From an uncultured Acidobacteriota bacterium (lineage in GTDB: Bacteria; Acidobacteriota; Thermoanaerobaculia; UBA5066): a DNA stretch of 64,000 nucleotides. The DNA lies in NCBI GenBank assembly GCA_963721385.1, contig CAVRJB010000005.1:106208-170207 (forward strand). Direction: 5' to 3'. This document shows, one piece after another, positions 8,047 through 18,333 of this stretch. How positions within the stretch are numbered: position 1 is the first letter of the stretch; each line of letters starts with the position of its first letter. A program made the translations under genes and the position numbers. The notes beneath the pieces were generated by a model. The model had not been told where the DNA came from and searched no databases. It worked only from the letters and a program-made list of their open reading frames with translations.

Positions 8047-10473
8047 ATGTTCGAAAAGTACAACGAGAAAGCCCGGCGGGCCCTTTTCTTCGCGCGCTAC
8101 GAGTCGTCGAAGCTCGGCTCGAAGGTGATCGAGTCGGAGCACATCCTTCTCGGCATCCTTCGGGAAGGCGAGGACATCGTCAAGGAGATCTTCAGCCGGT
8201 TCAACGTCAAGCCCGACGACATCCGGCGGGAGATCGAAGGGGACCGCGTCTTCGTCGAGAGGGTCTCCTCCACGCAGGAGCTGCCGCTCTCGGAGGAGTC
8301 GAAGAAGATCCTCGCCTACGCCTCGCACGAGGCCGAGTCGATGATGCACCCCTACGTCGGGACGGAGCACCTTCTCATCGGGATCCTGCGCGTCGACCCG
8401 TGCGTGGCGAGCCGCATGCTGATGTCGCACGGCTTCAACCTGTACGGCGTGCGCGAAGAGACGATCGCTCTCATCAAGGAGCGCGAGGCCTCGAAGCAGA
8501 AGAAGGAGCTCCCTTTCCTCGCCGAGTACGCGCGCGACCTGACCGCGCTCGCCCAGCAGGGATTGTTCGACCCGCTCGTCGGGCGCGACAAGGAGGTCGA
8601 GCGGATCATCCAGATCCTCTCGCGCCGGACGAAGAACAACCCGATTCTCCTCGGCGAGCCCGGCGTCGGCAAGACGGCGATCGTCGAAGGGCTGGCGCAG
8701 CGGATCATCGAAGGAAACGTCCCGCTCTTCCTCGCGCAGCGGAAGATCCTGGCCCTCGACCTCTCGCTCATCGTGGCCGGGACGAAGTACCGCGGCCAGT
8801 TCGAGGAGCGGCTGAAGGGGATCCTCAAGGAGCTGAAGGAGAACCACGACCTCATCGCCTTCATCGACGAGATCCACTCGCTGATCGGCGCGGGCTCGGC
8901 GGAGGGCTCGCTCGACGCGGCGAACATCCTGAAGCCCGCTCTCTCGCGGGGGGAGATCGCCTGCATCGGCGCGACGACGCTCAAGGAGTACCGGAAGTAC
9001 ATCGAGAAGGACCGCTCGCTCCTCCGGCGCTTCCAGGCCATCTCGGTGGCGCCGCCGAGCGAGGAGGAGACCCTCGAGATCCTGGAGGGCGTCCGCGAGC
9101 GGTACGAGAAGTTCCACCGCGTGAAGTACTCGAACGAGGCGATCCGGACCGCCGTCTACCAGGCGAGCCGCTACATTCCCGACCGGTTCTTCCCCGACAA
9201 GGCGATCGACATCCTCGACGAGGCCGGCGCGAAGGTGAAGCTCCGGAAGACCGCCGACACGCAGAACCTGCGCCGCCTCGAGAACGAGGTGAAGCAGATC
9301 GTCAAGGAGATGAAGAAGGCGATCTCGGAGAAGGACTTCGAGCGCGCCGTCTTCCTGCGCGAGCGCGAGATCGAGATCAAGGAGGAGATCGAGCGAACGA
9401 AGGCCATCGCGAACGACGAGGCGCATCCGGTCGACGTGACCCGGAGCGACGTCGAGGAGATCATCTCGAGCTGGACGGGGATCCCGGTGACCTCCCTCCA
9501 CGTCGAGGAAGCCGAGAAGCTCCTCCACATGGAGGGGACGCTGAAGGAGCGCGTCATCGGGCAGGACCGCGCGATTTCGGCGATCAGCCGGGCCATCCGC
9601 CGCTCGCGCCTCGGCGTGAAGAACCCGAACCGTCCGATGGGCTCGTTCGTCTTCCTCGGGCCGTCGGGCGTCGGGAAGACCGAGGTCGCCCGCCGCCTTT
9701 CCGAGTTCCTCTTCGACCACCAGAAAGCGCTCGTCCGCTTCGACATGTCCGAGTACATGGAGAAGCACGCGGTGTCGAAGCTGATCGGCTCGCCCCCGGG
9801 CTACGTCGGGCACGAGGAAGGGGGCCAGCTGACCGAGCGGATCCGCCGGCAGCCTTACAGCGTCATCCTCTTCGACGAGATCGAGAAGGCCCACCCCGAC
9901 ATCGCGAACCTCCTCCTGCAGATCCTCGAAGACGGACAGCTCACCGACGCCTACGGCAACGTCGTCGACTTCAAGAACACGCTCATCATCATGACGTCGA
10001 ACATCGGCACGAAGATCCTCGTCACGCAGTCGAAGATGGGCTTCGGCGAGGGAAGAGGCTCGATGCCGACACGCGAGGTCGAGGAGATGGTCCTGAAGGA
10101 GCTCCGGCGCGAGTTCTCGCCGGAGCTCGTCAACCGGATCGACGAGCTCATCGTCTTCAACCCGCTCGGCCTCGAGGAGCTCCGGGCCATCGGGCGACTC
10201 CTCCTCGACGACGTGGCGGCCACCCTGAAGCGCCGGAATCTCTCCCTGGTGGCGGATGCGGCGGCCATCGACTGGCTGCTGAAGGTCTCGGGGCACGATC
10301 AGCATTCCGGTGCGCGGCCGCTTCGCCGCACGATCCAGAGACACGTCGAGGACGCGGTATCGGAATTGCTGATCTCGTCCCGAGAGCCGCTGGAGTGCGT
10401 CGAAGTGACCGTGGTCGGGGACGAGCTGAGAGTGCAGGCCCGGACTCCGGAGCCGGTCGCGTCGGGTCGGTAA
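8047..10473 (+). CDS. clpC: ATP-dependent Clp protease ATP-binding subunit
   Basis: Clp N repeats, Walker A motifs GEPGVGKT and GPSGVGKT, UVR-like middle region, DMSEYMEKH and GARPLRR. Confidence 0.93.
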   Translation: MFEKYNEKARRALFFARYESSKLGSKVIESEHILLGILREGEDIVKEIFSRFNVKPDDIRREIEGDRVFVERVSSTQELPLSEESKKILAYASHEAESMMHPYVGTEHLLIGILRVDPCVASRMLMSHGFNLYGVREETIALIKEREASKQKKELPFLAEYARDLTALAQQGLFDPLVGRDKEVERIIQILSRRTKNNPILLGEPGVGKTAIVEGLAQRIIEGNVPLFLAQRKILALDLSLIVAGTKYRGQFEERLKGILKELKENHDLIAFIDEIHSLIGAGSAEGSLDAANILKPALSRGEIACIGATTLKEYRKYIEKDRSLLRRFQAISVAPPSEEETLEILEGVRERYEKFHRVKYSNEAIRTAVYQASRYIPDRFFPDKAIDILDEAGAKVKLRKTADTQNLRRLENEVKQIVKEMKKAISEKDFERAVFLREREIEIKEEIERTKAIANDEAHPVDVTRSDVEEIISSWTGIPVTSLHVEEAEKLLHMEGTLKERVIGQDRAISAISRAIRRSRLGVKNPNRPMGSFVFLGPSGVGKTEVARRLSEFLFDHQKALVRFDMSEYMEKHAVSKLIGSPPGYVGHEEGGQLTERIRRQPYSVILFDEIEKAHPDIANLLLQILEDGQLTDAYGNVVDFKNTLIIMTSNIGTKILVTQSKMGFGEGRGSMPTREVEEMVLKELRREFSPELVNRIDELIVFNPLGLEELRAIGRLLLDDVAATLKRRNLSLVADAAAIDWLLKVSGHDQHSGARPLRRTIQRHVEDAVSELLISSREPLECVEVTVVGDELRVQARTPEPVASGR

Positions 10474-10478
10474 CCGGG

Positions 10479-13052
10479 GTGAACTTCTTGACGGGCACCG
10501 GCGGGCGCGCCGGGACGTATCCGCGCACGGGTCTGCGCCGGGCGTTCCGGGCGGCGGCCCTCGCCGCCGGGCTCGGTGCCGTTCCGGCCTTCGGCCAGGC
10601 GCCGCCTGAGCCCACCCCGACTCCGGCCCCGTCTCTCGGGGGCGCCCCGGCCGGAAGCTCGCCCTTCGGCGGGGCGATGGGGAAGTCGCTTTTCGAGACG
10701 GCGCCGGCCCAGGCCGCGCCGGCGCCGACCGCCGCCGGCCAGAAGATCGTCGAGATCCAGGTCCGGGGCGGCAGGACGGTCACGAGCGAGACGATCGCCT
10801 TCTACCTCGGGGTGAAGCCGGGCGAGGTTTACGACCCGGCGATCGTGCGGCGCAATTTCTCGCGGCTTTGGGACTCCGGCCTCTTCGAGGACCTCCGGCT
10901 CGAGAGGGACGAGGTGCCCGGCGGGGTCGCGCTGATCGCCATCGTCGTCGAGCGGCCGACGGTCGCCGACCTCGAATTTCGCGGCAACAAGAAGCTGACG
11001 ACGTCGCAGCTCAAGGACAAGCTGAAGGAAGGGAAGGCCGAGATCAAGGTCGGCTCGCCCGTCTCGTTCCGGGAGGTCGCGAAGGCGAAGTCGGTGCTCC
11101 TCGAGGCCTACAAGTCCGAGGGATTCCGGTCGGTCTCGATGGAAGCGTCGATCGAGACCGTCGCCGAAAACACGCGCCGCGTCGTCTTCCTGATCGACGA
11201 GGGCGACAAGCTGAAGATCGAGTCGATCAACTTCACGGGCAACACCGTCATCGGCGCGCAGACGCTCCGCAATGCGATGAAGAAGACCGCCACGCACCAC
11301 TGGTGGCGGTTCTACGACTCGAAGTCGACCTTCAACCAGACCAGCTACGACGAGGACGTCGACCTTCTCCGGAAGGCCTACCAGGACCGCGGCTACAAGG
11401 ACGTCGTCGTCAAGGACCCGATCCTCAGCGTCTTCGTCGTGAACCCCAGGGAGAAGAAGCCCGACAAGATCGTCCGCCGCGTCCGGCTCACGATCCCGAT
11501 CGTGGAAGGGGACCGATGGTACTTCGGCACCGTCAAGGTCACGGGCGCGACCGTCTTCCCCGAGCCGAATCTCCTGAGGGTCTTCGAGTACAAGCCGGGG
11601 AAGCCGCTCTCGAGGGCCGTCATCGACGACGGGAAGAAGGCGATCGACGGGGCCTACCGCTCGCGGGGTTACATCTACGCCTTCCTGAACCAGGAGTTCA
11701 CCGAGAAGCCGAACCACGTCGTCGACGTCACGATCCAGATTACCGAAGGGGACCAGTACCGCCTCGGCCGGATCGAGTTCACCGGGAACAAGACGACGCG
11801 CGACAAGGTGCTGCGCCGCGAGCTCGTCCTCTCCGAGGGCGACATCATGGACATGGAGATCTTCCGGAAGGGCCTCTACAAGATCACGCAGCTGGGGTAC
11901 TTCAAGATCGAAGAGGACCCGGACTTCCGCGTGAACCCCGAGACGAAGACCGTCGACGTTCTCGTGAAGGGGACCGACACGAACCGCAACGAGGTCCAGT
12001 TCGGCGCGGGATACTCGCAGCTCGACGGCTTCTTCGGCCAGTTCCAGTTCAACACTCGCAACTTCCTCGGCCGCGGCGACACGCTCGGGGTCCAGTTCCA
12101 GAAGGGCTCGAACTCGAATTTCCTCGACCTGTCGTTCTCGGAGCCCTACTTCCTCGACCAGCGGATGGCGATCGGCGGCTCGGTCTTCAACCGGAACCTC
12201 TCGTACCTCGACGTCTCGGACCAGAAGACGAAGGGAGTCAGCGCGTCGCTCGGCTACGGCCTCGGGCTCTTCGACTCCCTCTCGCTCTTTTACAGCTTCA
12301 CCGACACGAGCAGCAAGTACCAGGTCTACCCGCCGCCGCCGCCGCCGGGCGGCGGGGTTCCGCCGCCGGCGTACGCCTACTACGTGGGGCGGATCTCGTC
12401 CGTCACGCCCGGCTACCGGTACGACAGCCGCAATGACCCGTTCAACCCGACGGCCGGCAAGCGGTACGGCGCGTCGGTCACCATCGCGGGCGGCCCGCTC
12501 GGCGGCCAGTACTCGTACTTCAAGCCGAACCTGAGCGCGACGTGGTACGTGCCGGTGACGCGCCGGACGTTCTTCGCGTTCAACTTCGACGCCGGCTGGA
12601 TTCGTCCGTACAACGGGACCCAGATTCCGATCTTCGACCGCTTCCGGATCGGCGGCGACCGCTCGATCCGGGGCTTCAACTTCGGCTCCATCTACCCTCT
12701 CGACGCGCAGGGCCGCGCCTTTTTCGACCAGAACGGCTCGCTCCTCGGCGGCGACAAGTTCTACTACTTCAACATCGAGTACTGCGTCTCGGTGGCGGGG
12801 CCGCTCACGCTGGCCGCCTTCTTCGACGCCGGAAACACCTGGATCGAGACGCAGCCGTTCACGCCGCTCAACGTGCGGAAGTCGACCGGCCTCGAGGCGC
12901 GGATCTTCCTCCCGATCTTCCAGGCGCCACTCCGGTTCATCTACGCGATCAACCTCCAGCCCGTCATCATCCTGGACGCGCAGGGGCAGCCCCTGCAGGG
13001 GGCCCAGGAGAAGAACTCCAGCTTCACCTTCACCATCGGGAGCACGTTCTGA
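10479..13052 (+). CDS. bamA: Outer membrane protein assembly factor BamA
   Basis: Signal peptide, five POTRA-like repeats, NFLGRG, SIRGF loop motif and C-terminal FTIGSTF. GTG at 10479. Confidence 0.95.
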   Translation: MNFLTGTGGRAGTYPRTGLRRAFRAAALAAGLGAVPAFGQAPPEPTPTPAPSLGGAPAGSSPFGGAMGKSLFETAPAQAAPAPTAAGQKIVEIQVRGGRTVTSETIAFYLGVKPGEVYDPAIVRRNFSRLWDSGLFEDLRLERDEVPGGVALIAIVVERPTVADLEFRGNKKLTTSQLKDKLKEGKAEIKVGSPVSFREVAKAKSVLLEAYKSEGFRSVSMEASIETVAENTRRVVFLIDEGDKLKIESINFTGNTVIGAQTLRNAMKKTATHHWWRFYDSKSTFNQTSYDEDVDLLRKAYQDRGYKDVVVKDPILSVFVVNPREKKPDKIVRRVRLTIPIVEGDRWYFGTVKVTGATVFPEPNLLRVFEYKPGKPLSRAVIDDGKKAIDGAYRSRGYIYAFLNQEFTEKPNHVVDVTIQITEGDQYRLGRIEFTGNKTTRDKVLRRELVLSEGDIMDMEIFRKGLYKITQLGYFKIEEDPDFRVNPETKTVDVLVKGTDTNRNEVQFGAGYSQLDGFFGQFQFNTRNFLGRGDTLGVQFQKGSNSNFLDLSFSEPYFLDQRMAIGGSVFNRNLSYLDVSDQKTKGVSASLGYGLGLFDSLSLFYSFTDTSSKYQVYPPPPPPGGGVPPPAYAYYVGRISSVTPGYRYDSRNDPFNPTAGKRYGASVTIAGGPLGGQYSYFKPNLSATWYVPVTRRTFFAFNFDAGWIRPYNGTQIPIFDRFRIGGDRSIRGFNFGSIYPLDAQGRAFFDQNGSLLGGDKFYYFNIEYCVSVAGPLTLAAFFDAGNTWIETQPFTPLNVRKSTGLEARIFLPIFQAPLRFIYAINLQPVIILDAQGQPLQGAQEKNSSFTFTIGSTF

Positions 13053-13138
13053 ACCATCTGCGGTAGACTTTGGCGCTCTTTCGAGCCGTCCTCCCCGGGG
13101 CCGGCTCCCCGAATATCTATTCAAAAGGAGTCGTGTTC

Positions 13139-13762
13139 ATGAAAGGGACCTTCACATTCTTCGCGGCCGCCCTGGCCGCCGGTCTCGTGGCCGCCCCGGC
13201 CGCGGTCGCGCAGGTGGCCGCTTCCGCGGCCAGCACCAAGGTCGGCGTGATCGACGTTCAGCGAATCGTCGCTGAGTCTGCCGTCGGCAAGGAATCGCTC
13301 GCACGCGTTCAGAAAGTCCAGCAGGCGAAGCAGGAGGAGCTCGCGAAGCGCCAGAAGGAGCTCCGCGAACTCGAGCAGAAGATCACGGAGCAGGGCAAAT
13401 CGCTTTCCGAGGAGGCGATGGAGAAGGTCCAGAAGGACTATCAGGCGAAGGCCGTCGAGCTGAAGCGCTTCCAGGACGACGCGCAGCGCGAGCTCGAGGA
13501 CACCCAGCGCCGGGAGCTCGGCGAGCTCGAGAAGCGGATCATGCCGATCATCGACGCGGCCGCGAAGGAGCAGGGCTTCCAGCTGATCTTCAACAAGTTC
13601 CAGAGCGGGCTGCTCTTCGCCGGCGAGGGGACGGACATCACCGAAGGGGTCATCACGAAATTCAACTCGATGATCGCGGCTTCCGCGAAGCCGGCGGCCG
13701 CCGCACCGGCTCCCGCCAAGCCGGCCACGCCCGCGCCGGCCCCGGCCCCGAAGAAGAACTAG
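13139..13762 (+). CDS. skp: OmpH/Skp periplasmic chaperone
   Basis: AAAGGAG SD before the ATG, signal peptide, KVGVIDVQRI, coiled coil and DITEGVI. Follows bamA. Confidence 0.92.
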   Translation: MKGTFTFFAAALAAGLVAAPAAVAQVAASAASTKVGVIDVQRIVAESAVGKESLARVQKVQQAKQEELAKRQKELRELEQKITEQGKSLSEEAMEKVQKDYQAKAVELKRFQDDAQRELEDTQRRELGELEKRIMPIIDAAAKEQGFQLIFNKFQSGLLFAGEGTDITEGVITKFNSMIAASAKPAAAAPAPAKPATPAPAPAPKKN

Positions 13763-13779
13763 CCTCCGGACGCGACTGC

Positions 13780-14811
13780 GTGTCCGCGTTCTCCGTCGCC
13801 GACATCGCCGCCCGCTGCGGCGGGCGGGTCGTCGGCGACGGCGGCCTCCGGATCTCGGGCGTCCGCTCGCTCGAGGCGGCCGGTCCCTCCGACCTTTCCT
13901 TCATCGCGGACGGGAAAGCCGAAAAGAAGGCGGCCGCCTCGAAGGCCGGAGCTCTTCTCACCCGCGACGCAGCCCGGCATCCCGGGCGGACCGTCGTCGA
14001 GGCGGCGGACCCGGCCTTCGCGCTGGCCGCCGTCCTCGAACTCTTCTTCCCTCGCCGGACGGCCCGGCCGGGCGTCCATGCGGCCGCCGTCGTCGAGCCG
14101 GGAGCGGCCGTCGACCCGTCGGCGGAGATCGGGCCCTTTGCCGTGGTGGGGGAAGGGACGCGGGTGGGTGCGGACGCGATCGTCGAGGCGCACACGGTCC
14201 TCGGGAGGAACTGCACGATCGGCCCCGGCGCCCGCCTTCACCCGCACGTCGTCCTCTACGACGGCGTGACGCTGGGTGCCCGCGTCGAGGTCCACTCGGG
14301 CGCCGTCCTCGGCGCCGACGGCTTCGGATACGCTCCGACGCCGACGGGGATCGTCAAGGTCCCGCAGGTGGGCGGCGTGACCATCGACGAGGACGTCGAG
14401 ATCGGAGCCAACAGCTGTGTCGACCGCGCGACGCTGGAGCAGACCCGCGTCGGGGCGGGAACCAAGATCGACGATCTCGTCATGATCGGCCACAACTCGA
14501 CGATCGGAAGGCACGTGATCCTCTGCGGCCAGGTGGGGCTCGCCGGCTCCACGGTCGTGGGAGACGGGGCCGTCCTGGCCGGGCAGGTCGGCGTGGCCGG
14601 GCACCTGACGATCGGCCCCGGAGCGAAGGCGGGCGCGCAGACGGGCATCGCCCACGACGTCTCGGCGGGCGAGACTGTCTTCGGGACGCCGGAAATGAGC
14701 CACCGCGAGGCGCTCCGCGCCTACGCCGAGCTGCGCCGACTTCCCGAGACCGCCCGGGCCGTGCGCGAGCTCCTGGGACGCACTCCGAACCGAGAGGAGG
14801 AGAAACCGTGA
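13780..14811 (+). CDS. lpxD: UDP-3-O-acyl-glucosamine N-acyltransferase
   Basis: Hexapeptide repeats, GADGFGY, KVPQVGGV and TKIDDLVMIGHN. Confidence 0.95.
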   Translation: MSAFSVADIAARCGGRVVGDGGLRISGVRSLEAAGPSDLSFIADGKAEKKAAASKAGALLTRDAARHPGRTVVEAADPAFALAAVLELFFPRRTARPGVHAAAVVEPGAAVDPSAEIGPFAVVGEGTRVGADAIVEAHTVLGRNCTIGPGARLHPHVVLYDGVTLGARVEVHSGAVLGADGFGYAPTPTGIVKVPQVGGVTIDEDVEIGANSCVDRATLEQTRVGAGTKIDDLVMIGHNSTIGRHVILCGQVGLAGSTVVGDGAVLAGQVGVAGHLTIGPGAKAGAQTGIAHDVSAGETVFGTPEMSHREALRAYAELRRLPETARAVRELLGRTPNREEEKP

Positions 14812-15293
14812 CCTCGACGAACGCCGCCGTTCCGGCGGCCGCCATGGACATCGGGCAGATCCTCGCCGTCCTGCCGCACCGCTATCCCTTCCTCCTCGTC
14901 GACCGGATCCTCTCGATCGAGCCGGGGAAGAAGGCGGTCGGCCTGAAGAACGTTTCGGTCAACGAAGAGTTCTTTCAGGGGCATTTCCCGGGGAATCCGG
15001 TCATGCCGGGCGTCCTCATCCTCGAAGCGATGGCGCAAACGGGCGGCTGCCTCGTCTTCGCCTCGAACCCGGAATACAAAGGAACCAAGCTGATGTTCCT
15101 GACCGGAATCGACAAGGCCCGCTTCCGCCGCCCCGTCGTCCCGGGGGATCAGCTCCTGATGACGCTCCAGGTCGTGGCGGTGCGGCCGAGCTTCGTGAAG
15201 GTGAGCGGCGAGGCCCGCGTCGACGGAGCGCTCTGTGCCGAGGCGGAGCTGCTCTGCACGCTCGTCGACCTCCCGAAAGGGATGGCCTTCTGA
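14808..15293 (+). CDS. fabZ: 3-hydroxyacyl-ACP dehydratase
   Basis: LPHRYPFLLVDRI and FFQGHFPGNPVMPGVLILEAMAQ. Confidence 0.97.
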   Translation: MTSTNAAVPAAAMDIGQILAVLPHRYPFLLVDRILSIEPGKKAVGLKNVSVNEEFFQGHFPGNPVMPGVLILEAMAQTGGCLVFASNPEYKGTKLMFLTGIDKARFRRPVVPGDQLLMTLQVVAVRPSFVKVSGEARVDGALCAEAELLCTLVDLPKGMAF

Positions 15294-16072
15294 TGGCGAT
15301 CCACCCGACGGCGATCGTCGACGCGGCCGCGACCGTCCACCCCACCTCCGAGATCGGCCCCTACGCCATCGTCGGGCCGTACGTCAGGATCGGGCCCCGG
15401 ACGACCGTCGGCGCGCACGCCGTCCTCGAGGGCCCGACGACGCTCGGCGAGGGGAATCGGATCCATCCGCACGCGGCCCTGGGCGGAGCGCCTCAGGACC
15501 TGAAGTACCGGGGGGAGCCGACGACGCTCGTCATCGGAAACCGAAACGTCTTCCGCGAGTTCTCGACGGCCCACCGCGGCACGGTGACCGGCCACGGGGC
15601 CACGATCATCGGCGACGACAACCTCTTCATGGCCTACTCGCACGTCGCGCACGACTGCGTCGTCGGGAGCCGGACCGTCTTCGCCAACGGCGCCTCTCTC
15701 GCTGGGCACTGCGTGATCGAGGACGACGTGATCCTCGGCGCCTTCGTCGGGATCCGGCAGTTCCTGAAGATCGGCCGCTTCGCGTTCCTCGGCGCCTTTA
15801 CGGCCGTGAACAAGGACGTCCTCCCGTTCTGCTGGACGTCGGCGGACCGCGAGGTGAAAGCCTGGAAAGTCAACAGCGTCGGGCTCTCCCGGAAGGGCTA
15901 TTCGGACGAGCGCGTCAAGGCGCTGCAGAGGGCCTACCGCGCCCTCCACCGGCACCGGCACGACCACAAGACGCTGCTCGCGGCTCTCGCCGAGCTCTCC
16001 GCAGCGTCGGAGGACGTGAAGTACCTCCACGACTTCGTCGCGGAATCGACGCAGGGAATCCACGGAGCTTAA
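15293..16072 (+). CDS. lpxA: Acyl-ACP--UDP-N-acetylglucosamine O-acyltransferase
   Basis: IHPTAIV, PQDLKYRGE and MAYSHVAHDC motifs. Confidence 0.95.
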   Translation: MAIHPTAIVDAAATVHPTSEIGPYAIVGPYVRIGPRTTVGAHAVLEGPTTLGEGNRIHPHAALGGAPQDLKYRGEPTTLVIGNRNVFREFSTAHRGTVTGHGATIIGDDNLFMAYSHVAHDCVVGSRTVFANGASLAGHCVIEDDVILGAFVGIRQFLKIGRFAFLGAFTAVNKDVLPFCWTSADREVKAWKVNSVGLSRKGYSDERVKALQRAYRALHRHRHDHKTLLAALAELSAASEDVKYLHDFVAESTQGIHGA

Positions 16073-16080
16073 GTAGAAGG

Positions 16081-18171
16081 CTACTCCTCGACGACTTCGG
16101 CCTTCCGGGACTTGGCGTGTTCGGCGATGAGCTTCTCCTGGATGGGGCGCGGGACCTCTTCGTAGTGGCCCATCTCCATCGTGAAGGCGCCGCGGCCCTG
16201 CGTGATGGAGCGGAGGACCGGAGCATAGGAGATCATCTCCGCGAGCGGCACCTCGGCCTTGATGACGGCCTCGTCGCCCTCCGTCTCCATCCCTGCCGGG
16301 CGGCCGCGGCGGCTCGTCAGGTCGCCCATCAGATCGCCCATGTACTCCTGCGGCGCCTGGATGGCGACCTTCATGATCGGCTCGAGGATCGTCGGCCGCG
16401 CCTTCTCCATGGCGTCCTTGTACGCGAGCGAGCCCGCGATCTTGAACGCCATCTCCGAGGAGTCGACGTCGTGGTACTGGCCGTCGTAGACCTCGACGCG
16501 GAAGTCGACCATCGAGAAGCCCGCCAGATAGCCGCGCTTGCGGGCGTCCTGGATCCCCTTCTCGATCGCGGGGATGAAGCCGCGCGGGATGGAGCCGCCG
16601 AACGTGTCGTCGTCGAACTGGAAGTCGGCGCCGCGCGAGAGCGGCTTGATCCGGATCTTGCAGTCCGCGAACTGCCCGTGACCACCCGTCTGCTTCTTGT
16701 GGCGCCCGTGCCCTTCGGCCGCGCGGGTGATCGTCTCGCGGTACGGGACCTTCGGCGGGTGGAGGATGACCTCGACCCCCGACTTCCGCTTCATCCGCGC
16801 GACGGCGATCTCGACGTGGAGCTGCCCCGCGCCGGAGAGAAGGAACTGGTGCGTGTCGGCGTCGCGCGAGAACTTCAGCGAGGGGTCCTCCTCGACGAGC
16901 TTGTGGATGGCGGTCGAGATCTTGTCCTCGTCCCCCTTCGACTTCGGCTCGATCGCGAAGGAGATGGCCGACTCGGCGAACTCGAAGGGGGCGAAAGTGA
17001 ACGGCTTGTCCTTCCCGGAGAGAGAGTCGCCGCTCAGCGTCTCCTTCAATTTCGCGACGCCGCCGATGTCGCCGGCGGGAACCTCGGGGATGACCTGCTG
17101 CTGCTTCCCGAGCGGCGAGAAGAGGGGCCCGAAGCGCTCCGAGACCTCTCGCGCGGTGTTCACGTAAGTGCCGTCGGGCCGGAACGTCCCGGAGACGACA
17201 CGGAAGAGCGTGAGCCGGCCCGCGAAGGGGTCCGAAATCGTCTTGAAGACGAAAGCGGCCGGGGGACCCCCGGCGTCGACGGCGAGGGCCTCACTCTTGC
17301 CGTCCTTCCCCTTCGCGACGGCCTGGAAGCTGTCGGCCGTCGGGAGGAGGTCGACGATCTCGTCGAGGAGCTTCTCGACGCCGGTCTCGTGGTTGCCGGC
17401 GGCGGTGAAGAGGACCGGGGCAATCCGCCGGGAGCGGATCGCGGCGCGGAGTGCGGGGTGCATCTGCTCTTCCGAGAGGTTTCCCTGGTTGAAGAAGACC
17501 TCCATGAGCTTGTCGTCGCCCTCGGCCACCATCTCGACGAGCGACTCGTGGAGCGAGGCGGCGTCTTTGGCGAATTCCTCGGGGATTGGCCCCGGCGCCG
17601 TCTTCCCGGCATCGTCGGTCAGGGTGCCCTGCATGGAGATCAGGTCGATCACGCCTCGGAACCCTTTCTCCTTGCCGATCGGCGCCTCGGCGGCCACGCA
17701 GACACGGCCGAACTTCTTCTGCAGCTGGTCCATGACCCGCCCGCCGTCGGCGTTCTCGCGGTCCATCCGGTTGACGACGACGAGGCGGGGGAGGCCCATC
17801 TCGTCGGCCACCTTCCAGGCCTTCTCGGTCTGCACCTGAACGCCGGCGACGGCGTCCACGACGAGGATGACCGCGTCTGCGGCGCGCATCCCGCAGATCA
17901 TTTCGGAGACGAAGATGCCGTAGCCCGGCGTGTCGATGAGGTTGACCTTCCGCTTCTTCCATTCGAGGGAGGCCACGGCGAGGCCGATCGAGATCTTCCG
18001 TTCGATTTCCTCGGGATCGAAGTCGGTCGGCGCCGTGCCGTCTTCCACGCGGCCAAAGCGCGGCGTGGCGCCTGCCTCGTGGAGGAGGGCGGAGACGAGG
18101 GTGGTCTTGCCGACGCCGTTGTGTCCGACGAGGGCGACGTTGTGAATCGCGGATGCGGGGAAAACTTTCAT
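16081..18171 (-). CDS. Elongation factor G paralogue (EF-G2 / FusA-like)
   Basis: Divergent G1 GHNGVGKTT, DTPG, NRMD, VPYRETI, KKQTGGHGQFA and YHDVDSSEMAF. Not located in an str operon. Confidence 0.92.
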   Translation of the reverse strand: MKVFPASAIHNVALVGHNGVGKTTLVSALLHEAGATPRFGRVEDGTAPTDFDPEEIERKISIGLAVASLEWKKRKVNLIDTPGYGIFVSEMICGMRAADAVILVVDAVAGVQVQTEKAWKVADEMGLPRLVVVNRMDRENADGGRVMDQLQKKFGRVCVAAEAPIGKEKGFRGVIDLISMQGTLTDDAGKTAPGPIPEEFAKDAASLHESLVEMVAEGDDKLMEVFFNQGNLSEEQMHPALRAAIRSRRIAPVLFTAAGNHETGVEKLLDEIVDLLPTADSFQAVAKGKDGKSEALAVDAGGPPAAFVFKTISDPFAGRLTLFRVVSGTFRPDGTYVNTAREVSERFGPLFSPLGKQQQVIPEVPAGDIGGVAKLKETLSGDSLSGKDKPFTFAPFEFAESAISFAIEPKSKGDEDKISTAIHKLVEEDPSLKFSRDADTHQFLLSGAGQLHVEIAVARMKRKSGVEVILHPPKVPYRETITRAAEGHGRHKKQTGGHGQFADCKIRIKPLSRGADFQFDDDTFGGSIPRGFIPAIEKGIQDARKRGYLAGFSMVDFRVEVYDGQYHDVDSSEMAFKIAGSLAYKDAMEKARPTILEPIMKVAIQAPQEYMGDLMGDLTSRRGRPAGMETEGDEAVIKAEVPLAEMISYAPVLRSITQGRGAFTMEMGHYEEVPRPIQEKLIAEHAKSRKAEVVEE

Positions 18172-18212
18172 GTTGTGTCGAATCCTCTCGCGCGCCTGAG
18201 GGGCGAGGGGCG

Positions 18213-18274
18213 ATTATAGGAAGACCCGCGGCGTCCGGAGAGCCGAAAAGACGCCGAAAAACGGCTGATAGAAT
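18213..18274. promoter_or_regulatory. Divergent sigma70-type -10 elements for the EF-G paralogue (-) and the kinase (+)
   Basis: TATAAT on the minus strand at 18213-18218. Extended TGaTAGAAT on the plus strand at 18266-18274. GCCGAAAA direct repeat at 18242 and 18253. Confidence 0.55.
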
Positions 18275-18333
18275 TCGGAGGCGGAGGGAATCGGATCACG
18301 GTTCCCGGACGTTTCGCGTCCGGGGGAGGGTTT

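Noticed and set aside
7983-10478. 1689-aa ORF suggesting a giant BamA fusion
   Set aside because: The first ~830 codons overlap clpC in another frame and are low-complexity. BamA begins near GTG 10479.
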